Part shown: positions 56,612 through 64,000 of the stretch, in pieces
How positions within the stretch are numbered: position 1 is the stretch's first letter
Layout: every line of letters starts with the position of its first letter
From: an uncultured Gammaproteobacteria bacterium
GTDB taxonomy: Bacteria > Patescibacteriota > Microgenomatia > UBA12405
DNA: 64,000 bases
Direction of reading: 5' to 3'
NCBI GenBank assembly: GCA_964448465.1
Contig: CAYUVY010000001.1
Location: 25,196-89,195 of the forward strand
Position numbers and translations under genes: made by a program
The notes under the pieces: generated by a model
The model's database searches: none
Told to the model about the DNA's origin: nothing
The model's input: only the letters and a program-made list of their open reading frames with translations

Positions 56612-58020
56612 ATATTTTTCGTGTTTTAGTCTCCATCTTGCTAATTTTTATTCCACTTTATCCTAAGTTTCCACTTTTTGACGCCTTAAATACTTATGTT
56701 AACTTTCGTTTAGACGATGTTTTAGTTGGTATTTCTGTCTTAATTTGGTTTATCTTTCAATTAAAACACAACTTTCCTGTGTTAAAAGAAAAAATAAGTT
56801 GGCTTTTTATCTTATTTTTTGCTTCTCTGGGGCTCAGTTTTCTTTCCGGAGTTTTTATCCATCAAACCAATTTTAATAATATTTATCTCCTGCACACTCT
56901 GCGAAAAATTGAATACATCAGTCTCTTTTTCATTACTATCCAAGGTATTCGTACCAAGCAGGACTTTAAATATCTCTATTTATTCACTTGTTTAGCTGCG
57001 GTCTTGGTTAACGTATACGGTGTTGGTCAAAAATATTACAACTTTCCGGTAGTCTCTACTATGAACGAGGAGTTCTCTAAAGGGATACTTTTAACCATTT
57101 CTGCTTGGACTCGCATTAGTTCCACTTTTGCCGGTCACTACGATCTGGCCATTTATGCCTCCGTAGTTTTGATCATCATTGGTGGAACCATGTTTTTTAT
57201 CCCCAAAAAATGGCTGATTTTGACTATCCCCACTTGGCTCTCTACCTATTATGTCCTAACCCTCACCGCCTCCAGAGTCTCTATCTTTGCACTCTTGGGT
57301 GGATTTACCTTATGTTTAATATTTCTACGTAAATATTTTTGGCTTATTCCCCTTTGGATTTTGGTTATTTTAAGTATACGAACATCGGATGACCTAAGTC
57401 ACCGTCTTGCTGCAACCTTTACCCTTGTTAAATTACCAAAAATTACTATCTTTCAGACCAGGCCAAAATCAACTCCTATCCCAACACCTGTTGTGCTTCC
57501 AACCCCAGCTCCAATTGCCGTTGCTCCTATTGTCACCAAACCAAAACCCATTATCCTAGCCACTCCCACACCGCTTGCCACCCCTGTAAGAGCCAGGCCG
57601 ACCGAAGGCTATCCACCTGTGGACTTAGATGCTGGCGTAGCCAGATCAGGCGAAATACGTTTCAACGTAGAATGGCCAAGAGCCATTAATGCCTTTCTCA
57701 TAAGTCCCCTGATTGGTAATTCTCCGGGATCTATGGGCCTAGCAACCGACAACGAATACTTGCGTCTGGCTGGTGAAATTGGCCTCATTGGTTCTTTTCT
57801 TTTTTACTCCATACTTGCCTGGTTTGTTTACCAAACTTTTTTGACTTCTCAAAAACATAATAAATATAAATACATCTTTTTTTGTGCCATGCTTACAATG
57901 TTAATAAACGCCATTTTTATTGATGCTTTTTCTGCCTCTAAAACAGCCTACCTCTTCTGGATTATGATGGCAGCTTATTATCAATGTCTAAAACTATGGG
58001 AAAATTCCAAACAATTCTAG
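56608..58020 (+). CDS. Wzy_C-family membrane protein (O-antigen ligase / O-oligosaccharyltransferase / polymerase-like) with Pro/Thr-rich linker
   Basis: Polytopic. C-terminal region ISPLIGNSPGSMGLATDNEYLRLAGEIGLIGSFLF resembles the Wzy_C conserved block (GxGxG...[H]NxYL..L.E.G..G). It is preceded by a low-complexity TPIPTPVVLPTPAPIAVAPIVTKPKPIILATPTPLATP segment. Confidence 0.6.
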   Translation: MNIFRVLVSILLIFIPLYPKFPLFDALNTYVNFRLDDVLVGISVLIWFIFQLKHNFPVLKEKISWLFILFFASLGLSFLSGVFIHQTNFNNIYLLHTLRKIEYISLFFITIQGIRTKQDFKYLYLFTCLAAVLVNVYGVGQKYYNFPVVSTMNEEFSKGILLTISAWTRISSTFAGHYDLAIYASVVLIIIGGTMFFIPKKWLILTIPTWLSTYYVLTLTASRVSIFALLGGFTLCLIFLRKYFWLIPLWILVILSIRTSDDLSHRLAATFTLVKLPKITIFQTRPKSTPIPTPVVLPTPAPIAVAPIVTKPKPIILATPTPLATPVRARPTEGYPPVDLDAGVARSGEIRFNVEWPRAINAFLISPLIGNSPGSMGLATDNEYLRLAGEIGLIGSFLFYSILAWFVYQTFLTSQKHNKYKYIFFCAMLTMLINAIFIDAFSASKTAYLFWIMMAAYYQCLKLWENSKQF

Positions 58021-59378
58021 TAACAATACTTCTCATTCTCGGTTTCCTCGTTCGTCTATATCGAATTGATCAACCAGTGGCCGACTGGCATTCCTTTCGT
58101 CAAGCTGACACTGCCTCGGTCACTAAAAACATTTATCTTGGCAAAGGCACAATCCTTGTTCCCACTTATCACGATTTTGGTGATGTGGCTTCAGGTAAAT
58201 GGAACCCCAAAGGCTATCGTATGGTGGAATTTCCCATCTACAACCAAATATCTGCAACCTTAGCCAAAGCTCTACCGTTCTTTAGTTTGGATAAAACTTC
58301 CAGACTAGTTAATATTAGCTTTTGGATCATTGCTAGTCTCTGCGCTTGGCTTCTCTTTAAGTCCAAATTTGGAGCTACCTCGGCTTTTTTTGGCTTAGTC
58401 GCATACTTGTTTTTACCCTACGGTATCTATTACAGTCGCGTAATCTTACCCGACCCTTTTGCTTTAAGTATGATGGTCATCAGTATCTATCTATACAGCC
58501 GTGATCAGAAAATATTTTCCTCCATATTTTTTATTTTTAGTCTTCTTGCCAAACCCTATGTCATTCTTATTTCACTTCCGCTTTTTTTCTTTTTTGCCAA
58601 AGACAGAAATATCTTCAAATTAGGTTTTTTTGCTTTTATTTCTTGTTTGCCACTACTTGCTTGGCGTGTCTGGATCCTTCAGTTCCCCACTGGAGTTGCT
58701 AGCTACGACTGGCTCCTAAATGGCGGCGGTATTCGCTTTAGACCCAGTTGGTTTCGTTGGTTATTTTATGAACGACTAGGGCTATTAATCACCGGTGCTA
58801 TCCCAGCAGCCCTGCTATATCTAGGCTTACTAAAAAAACCTCTTGGGTCGCTATTAGCTTGGTCTGGGATCTTGGTCTATTTTTCCATTATCGCTCGTGG
58901 CAATGTTCAACATGATTACTATCAAGTTTTAGTATTTTTTAGTCTATGTTTTTTACTTGCTTCTTCATTTTCTGTTCTTACTACCGTACTACCGTACTAC
59001 AGTTCTAAAGTTCTATTATTCTTTTTGTTACTCGCCGGTATTGCTTTTAGTTGGTATAACATTAAAGGCTACTATCAAATTAACAACTCCCAAATGATTC
59101 AAGTGGCCGAGCAACTACGCACGCTAATTCCCTCAAATTCCATTCTTATTGCTCCCTATAATGGAGACACTGCGTATCTTTATCACGCAGGTTTTGACGG
59201 TTACCCCATCGAAATTTACAATTTTCCACAAATAATTGCCAGTCACCCGGGGTTACCTATATATCTTGCCTCCTTATCTAAAGATAACTACACCCATATC
59301 ATGCAAAAACAATTTAAGACCATCAAAGAAACGGACCAGCTAGTTCTTCTAGATATTCGCCAAACACTATCTCCATGA
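57984..59378 (+). CDS. Polytopic membrane protein, GT-C-like (ArnT/PMT-like) candidate
   Basis: 464 aa with more than 10 hydrophobic segments. N-terminal loop has RIDQPVADWHSFRQADTAS after the first TM helix. Assignment is by architecture. Confidence 0.5.
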   Translation: MSKTMGKFQTILVTILLILGFLVRLYRIDQPVADWHSFRQADTASVTKNIYLGKGTILVPTYHDFGDVASGKWNPKGYRMVEFPIYNQISATLAKALPFFSLDKTSRLVNISFWIIASLCAWLLFKSKFGATSAFFGLVAYLFLPYGIYYSRVILPDPFALSMMVISIYLYSRDQKIFSSIFFIFSLLAKPYVILISLPLFFFFAKDRNIFKLGFFAFISCLPLLAWRVWILQFPTGVASYDWLLNGGGIRFRPSWFRWLFYERLGLLITGAIPAALLYLGLLKKPLGSLLAWSGILVYFSIIARGNVQHDYYQVLVFFSLCFLLASSFSVLTTVLPYYSSKVLLFFLLLAGIAFSWYNIKGYYQINNSQMIQVAEQLRTLIPSNSILIAPYNGDTAYLYHAGFDGYPIEIYNFPQIIASHPGLPIYLASLSKDNYTHIMQKQFKTIKETDQLVLLDIRQTLSP

Positions 59379-60580
59379 CCAAAAAACGTGTTTTAATGAT
59401 TACTCCTTATCTTCCACGAACTTCTACTTCTGGTGGCCAAACCAGATCCTATTATCTTATCAAGCACATATCTAAACTAATTGACATTAGCTTAATCTGT
59501 TTTACACGTGACGAAGAAGGCTTAAAAGAGCTACAACCTTATTGTAAAAAAATTATTATTATTAAGCGTGGCAAAACTTGGGATTTAAAAAAAATACTGT
59601 CTACGGGCTTTGGACCTTACCCTTTTCTTATTACTAATTACATCAGTAACGAACTAAAAGAAAAGATTGCCCAGGAAATTGCCACCAATCAATACGACCT
59701 AATTCACACCGAATGCTTTTATCTGATGCCTAATATTCCCCAAACAAATTTACCAATTTTTTTGGTCGACCAAACTATCGAATATGCAGTTTATCAACAC
59801 TACACTGACACCCTCCGTGGCTTGATCAAGATATTAACCCCACTCTTGTATATTGATGTTTACAAACTAAAATACTGGGAAAATTACTATTGGAAACAAA
59901 CTAACTATTTGGCAGCAGTTTCCGAAGATGACAAAAAAGTTATTCAACAAGACACGGGACGAAAAGATGTCTTAGTCTTGCCAAACGGAGTAGACCAAAA
60001 TTATTTAAATACCAAACACTTAACCCCCAAAACCCCATATCCTTCCATTTTGTTTGGTATCTCCAACATGAAATGGATGCAAAACCGCGAAGGTGCTGAA
60101 CTTCTTTTAAAACAAGTCTGGCCCAAAATTCAACAAGCCATACCGGATTGTCGTTTATACATTATTGGCCGCAACGCCCCCCAAATCTTTCATGATTATG
60201 CCAACGACAACGTCATCATTGCCGAAGCCGAAACTGACGGCCAAGCCAACGACCCCGTCTCTTATTACCAGCGCTGTTGGCTCTTAGTTGCTCCTATCTT
60301 GAGCGGTAATGGGACTAGAACCAAATTCTTCGAAGCTATGGCCACAGGGCTGCCTATTTTGACAACCAAACAAGGTATGGAAGGCATACCTGCCAAAAAT
60401 GGCGAACACGCACATATTGTTCCCTTTAATCAACTTGTCAATCAAGCCATCAAATTACTAAAAAATAGTGGCCTTAGAAATCCTCTTGGTCAAAAAGCTA
60501 AAAAATTTGTGGAGTCTAATTACACTTGGGAAATTAGTGCCCAAAAACAGGTCAACATATATGAACAAATTACCAGATAA
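59375..60580 (+). CDS. Glycosyltransferase family 4 (GT4)
   Basis: RVLMITPYLPRTSTSGGQTRSYYLIKHIS N-domain, and a C-domain TKFFEAMATGLPILTTKQGMEG. Confidence 0.75.
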   Translation: MTKKRVLMITPYLPRTSTSGGQTRSYYLIKHISKLIDISLICFTRDEEGLKELQPYCKKIIIIKRGKTWDLKKILSTGFGPYPFLITNYISNELKEKIAQEIATNQYDLIHTECFYLMPNIPQTNLPIFLVDQTIEYAVYQHYTDTLRGLIKILTPLLYIDVYKLKYWENYYWKQTNYLAAVSEDDKKVIQQDTGRKDVLVLPNGVDQNYLNTKHLTPKTPYPSILFGISNMKWMQNREGAELLLKQVWPKIQQAIPDCRLYIIGRNAPQIFHDYANDNVIIAEAETDGQANDPVSYYQRCWLLVAPILSGNGTRTKFFEAMATGLPILTTKQGMEGIPAKNGEHAHIVPFNQLVNQAIKLLKNSGLRNPLGQKAKKFVESNYTWEISAQKQVNIYEQITR

Positions 60581-61502
60581 TAAACAACAAAGTTTTTTGT
60601 CTATTATCATTCTCAACTATAATTCAGGCAATTATTTACAAAAGTGTTTATCAAGTATTCAAAGTTCTAATTTGGATCCCAAATACTACGAAATTATTGT
60701 CGTAGACAATAATTCCACAGACGAAAGCATCTCTTTGGCAAAGCAATTAAAATTTGGTAACCTGAAATTTAAAATTTTATCTGATAATCAAGGCTTTGCT
60801 CACGGCAACAACCAAGGAGTCAAACTAATTTCTTCCAAGTCCACCCTGGTCATGTTTTTAAATCCAGACACAATTCTGGAAACCAACACCTTGTCCAAAC
60901 TTACAAATTATTTTGATGCAAACCCCCAAGTCTGTGCCGTTACCCCCCAGATAATTTTGGCCAAAACTGGTCAGCTACAACCAGAATGCCATCGCGGATT
61001 TCCCACCCCCTTACGATCTTTTTTTCACTTTTCCAAAATTGCCAAACTCTTTCCTGGCAGTTCATTTTTTAATGGATATTTTCAGGGCCATTTGAATACC
61101 AACACTGTTCACCCCGTAGAAGCAGGCGTCGGTGCTTGCCTGATCCTCCGTCGCAAAGTAGGGGATAATCTACGGTGGTGGGATGAAGACTACTTTATGT
61201 ATGGTGAAGACTTACAACTTAGCTGGGATTTGTGGCACCAGGGTTATAATTTATTTTTTGTACCAGACATCAAAATTACCCATTTTCAAGGCATATCCTC
61301 GGGTATTATCCAACATACAATTTCTACTACCAAAGCATCTTCTGAAACCAAAAAACGCTCCATTCTAGCCACTACTCAAGCTATGCGTGTCTTTTTTCAA
61401 AAAAATTTAGCTAGTAGTTATCCAAAAATATTTTCTAGTCTGATAATCCTTGCGATTAATTTGCTAGAGCATTATCGATTGGCCAAAATTCAGTATGTCT
61501 AA
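60561..61502 (+). CDS. Glycosyltransferase family 2 (GT2)
   Basis: LSIIILNYNSGNYLQKCLSSI...VDNNSTDES and YGEDLQLSWD motifs. The internal ATG at 60561 was chosen because the track start at 60468 overlaps the upstream gene by more than 100 bp. Confidence 0.75.
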   Translation: MNKLPDNKQQSFLSIIILNYNSGNYLQKCLSSIQSSNLDPKYYEIIVVDNNSTDESISLAKQLKFGNLKFKILSDNQGFAHGNNQGVKLISSKSTLVMFLNPDTILETNTLSKLTNYFDANPQVCAVTPQIILAKTGQLQPECHRGFPTPLRSFFHFSKIAKLFPGSSFFNGYFQGHLNTNTVHPVEAGVGACLILRRKVGDNLRWWDEDYFMYGEDLQLSWDLWHQGYNLFFVPDIKITHFQGISSGIIQHTISTTKASSETKKRSILATTQAMRVFFQKNLASSYPKIFSSLIILAINLLEHYRLAKIQYV

Positions 61503-62604
61503 AATTGCCATTGATGCCAGAAATTTTGGACCCAAACACACCGGTATCGGCAGATATGTTCAAAATCTCTTGGACCAAATTGCCCTAACTAAATTTGCTA
61601 AAAACAGTTCTATCTATTTAATTGTCAACAAAAATCAACAAAACGAAATTAGATCTCGCTATCAAGCTAAATTTAAATACCTCCCTACTACCATTGCTCA
61701 CTATTCTTTTGCAGAGCAACTTTTTCTGCCTTTTTTGCTGTATTCAAACAACTTTGACTTGGTTCACTTCACCCAGTTTAACAAACCTTTTTTGTATTTC
61801 AAAAAATCAGTTCTCACAATCCACGACCTAATTAAGCATCTTTCCAAAGGCCGTGAAACTACCACCAAAAGCCCATTGCTTTATTGGCCCAAATATCTTG
61901 CCTACAAACTACTTACTGACTTCAATATTCAACACAATCCCATTATTGTCCCCAGTAACTATTGGCGTAAGTATATTCTGGATAGTTACAAAATTAGTCC
62001 CAGTAAAATTATTACCACCTACGAGGCCCTCGATCCAACTTTTCTCAATAATAAAAAGATTATCGTCAATCCTGATAAATACCTCGTTTATACCGGTAAT
62101 GTTTACCCCCACAAAAATATCCAAATTGTTTTTCAGGCTTTACATAAATTACCAAACTTTAGGTTAAAAATAATTTGTGCCCGCAGTGTCTTTTTAGCTA
62201 GAATTGAAAATAAAATTAAACAACTAGGTATACAAAAACAAGTTGACATATTAGGCTACGTCCCCGACCAAGAATTTATAGATATTTATCAACATGCCAC
62301 TGCCCTGGTGCACCCATCCCTAATTGAGGGCTTTAGTTTAACCGGCCTTGAAGCCATGGCTCTGAATTGTCCTGTTATTTCCAGTAACGCCAGTTGTATG
62401 CCAGAAATTTATCAAGATAGTGTTTTGTACTTTGACCCAAAAAAACCAGACGATTTAATAGAAAAAATAAAAAGTTTGTCTGATAATCCAAAACTTAGGC
62501 ATGATTTAATCCAAAAAGGTAAACTTCAAATAAAAAAATACTCCTGGGCAACCACCGCCAAACAAACCACTGAATTTTATGACCACATCCTTCAGCAAAC
62601 TTAA
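61495..62604 (+). CDS. Glycosyltransferase family 4 (GT4)
   Basis: IEGFSLTGLEAMALNCPVISSNASCMPEI. Confidence 0.8.
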   Translation: MSKIAIDARNFGPKHTGIGRYVQNLLDQIALTKFAKNSSIYLIVNKNQQNEIRSRYQAKFKYLPTTIAHYSFAEQLFLPFLLYSNNFDLVHFTQFNKPFLYFKKSVLTIHDLIKHLSKGRETTTKSPLLYWPKYLAYKLLTDFNIQHNPIIVPSNYWRKYILDSYKISPSKIITTYEALDPTFLNNKKIIVNPDKYLVYTGNVYPHKNIQIVFQALHKLPNFRLKIICARSVFLARIENKIKQLGIQKQVDILGYVPDQEFIDIYQHATALVHPSLIEGFSLTGLEAMALNCPVISSNASCMPEIYQDSVLYFDPKKPDDLIEKIKSLSDNPKLRHDLIQKGKLQIKKYSWATTAKQTTEFYDHILQQT

Positions 62605-63640
62605 GGTAGCTATTTTTTACGATTGGCTTACTCGTTGGGGCGGAGCCGAACAGGTGCTACTCGACCTACTAAAACTATTTCCACAAGCCGAACTTATCAC
62701 TACAATTTATGACCCAACAAAAACTAGTTGGCTACCTAAAGGTCACAAAATAATTACCACTCCGTTATCTCACCCTAGCCTAGAGAAATTTCAAGGTTTA
62801 CTTTCCCCATTTTATCCAATTTTTTTGGAAAAGATTGACACCCGCTCTTATGACTTGGTTATAAGTTTAAGTTCCGTCTTTGGTCATTGCTTTTTAACTC
62901 AACCACAAACCAAATATATTCACTACTGCCTGACACCCAATCGTCATCTTTATCAAAAAAACAGGTTTAAACTATACCAACAGATAGATCAAATATTTGC
63001 CCAAAGACCTGATTATGTCCTTGCCACTAGTGTAGAAGTTGCCAAAAGAATTAAAAAATATCACCATCGCGACAGTCAAGTAATTTACCCAGGTATAGAT
63101 TCCAACTTTTTCAAACCAAATAAAAATATTAAAAAACAAAAACAATACTTAATAGTTTCAAGGTTAGTTCCGTATAAAAACATAGATCTTGCTATCCAGG
63201 CCTGTGGCCAACTAAACAAAAAGCTAATTATTGTTGGACAAGGAAGACTGGCCACATATCTAAAATCTCTTGCCACTAATTACAAAAATATATACTTTAA
63301 ATCCGACGTCCAGCCCGCAGAATTAAAAAAACTTTATCAACAATCTATCGCGCTTTTGGCTCCTCAAATTGAGGACTTTGGTCTAGCTATTGTCGAATCT
63401 CAAGCCTGTGGGACACCAGTTATTAGCTTAGCCCAAGGTGGAGCGCTAGAAACTGTAGAACACCAGCAAACTGGCTACCTTTATCCAGATTCAGACATTA
63501 ATAGTTTAAAAGAAGCTATTTTAAATTTTGAAAGATTAAAACTAAACTCAAAAATAATTCGCAACAATTCACTAAGATTCTCCAAACATATATTCATGCT
63601 AAAATTTAGACAATATCTAAACCAATGCTTAAAACCTTAG
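62579..63640 (+). CDS. Glycosyltransferase family 4 (GT4)
   Basis: EDFGLAIVESQACGTPVISLAQGGALETV. Confidence 0.8.
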   Translation: MTTSFSKLKVAIFYDWLTRWGGAEQVLLDLLKLFPQAELITTIYDPTKTSWLPKGHKIITTPLSHPSLEKFQGLLSPFYPIFLEKIDTRSYDLVISLSSVFGHCFLTQPQTKYIHYCLTPNRHLYQKNRFKLYQQIDQIFAQRPDYVLATSVEVAKRIKKYHHRDSQVIYPGIDSNFFKPNKNIKKQKQYLIVSRLVPYKNIDLAIQACGQLNKKLIIVGQGRLATYLKSLATNYKNIYFKSDVQPAELKKLYQQSIALLAPQIEDFGLAIVESQACGTPVISLAQGGALETVEHQQTGYLYPDSDINSLKEAILNFERLKLNSKIIRNNSLRFSKHIFMLKFRQYLNQCLKP

Positions 63641-64000
63641 ACACAATAATTTTTGAAACTTTTAAAAGAACTGTAGACATTCTGGGAGGAATTTTTTTAA
63701 TGATTCTTTTCTCACCCATTATTTTGGTTATCAGTCTTTTGGTTAAATTTACTTCCAAAGGCCCTATCTTTTTTAGTCAAATTAGAGTAGGCAAAGACAG
63801 TAAACCTTTTAAGATGTTCAAGTTTCGTACCATGTATACCGGAGACAACGACCTACGCCTTAAAAAATATCCGGAATTGTACAAAAAATACAAAAAGAAC
63901 GGCTGGAAACTATCTTTAAGAGAAGATCCACGACTTACCCAGATTGGTAAAATTATCCGCGCATTATCTCTTGATGAATTTCCTCAGTTTTACAATGTTC
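63625..64000 (+). CDS. Polyprenyl-phosphate hexose-1-phosphate transferase, small PglC/WbaP-C-terminal type (bacterial sugar transferase family); 3' end outside window
   Basis: Own translation from ATG 63625: MLKTLDTIIFETFKRTVDILGGIFLMILFSPIILVISLLVKFTSKGPIFFSQIRVGKDSKPFKMFKFRTMYTG... The KFRTM and GPIFF.Q.R.G motifs are hallmarks of the Bac_transf family. It is absent from the supplied track, presumably because no stop lies inside the window. Confidence 0.7.
   Translation, partial: MLKTLDTIIFETFKRTVDILGGIFLMILFSPIILVISLLVKFTSKGPIFFSQIRVGKDSKPFKMFKFRTMYTGDNDLRLKKYPELYKKYKKNGWKLSLREDPRLTQIGKIIRALSLDEFPQFYNV

Noticed and set aside
58981-59000. Short tandem duplication CTACCGTA CTACCGTA in the coding sequence of the GT-C-like gene.
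   Set aside because: Only two copies of an 8-mer, in frame (LPYYSS). There is no array structure and it is too short to be a meaningful repeat.
1-64000. Search for CRISPR arrays, tRNA/rRNA genes, transposases, integrases and phage genes.
   Set aside because: No regularly spaced direct repeats, no cloverleaf-like conserved tRNA stretches, and no ORF with transposase or integrase motifs were seen. Non-coding DNA totals only a few hundred bp. The island therefore does not look like a recently mobilised element, despite its accessory character.

Overview
The whole 64 kb window is protein-coding and almost entirely devoted to glycan biosynthesis. It is AT-rich, genes are tightly packed with frequent ATGA-type start/stop overlaps, and almost no Shine-Dalgarno sequences are visible. 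I found no rRNA, tRNA, CRISPR array, transposase or integrase. From motifs I could read directly in the ORF translations, the inventory is: about 14 GT2 and about 11 GT4 glycosyltransferases (one GT4 frameshifted); one GT17 (MGAT3-like) homolog; a tandem array of five large polytopic membrane proteins, four with the GT-C (ArnT/PMT-like) first-loop DE motif; a GtrB/DPM1-like polyprenyl-phosphate GT2; a TMTC-like GT-C with TPR repeats; a Wzy_C (O-antigen ligase/PglL-like) protein with a Pro/Thr-rich linker; a Wzm/Wzt ABC-2 exporter pair; a PglC/WbaP-type priming sugar transferase running off the 3' end; a CDP-3,6-dideoxyhexose operon (rfbF-rfbG-rfbH(E1)-SDR-cupin) on the minus strand; short rmlA, rmlB and gmd; a B12-binding radical-SAM-like enzyme; five class I SAM methyltransferases; an MBOAT plus AlgJ/AlgX-like O-acetylation pair; two hexapeptide acetyltransferases; an SDR::Gfo/Idh/MocA fusion; a UPF0104 flippase-like protein; a DUF192 protein; and several hypothetical proteins. 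The island continues beyond both window edges: a partial GT4 at the 5' end and a partial PglC-like gene at the 3' end. Streamlined organisation and low SD usage suggest an AT-rich, reduced-genome bacterium, possibly Patescibacteria/CPR-like. That is an inference only. All functional calls come from reading motifs in the provided translations; no database search was run.
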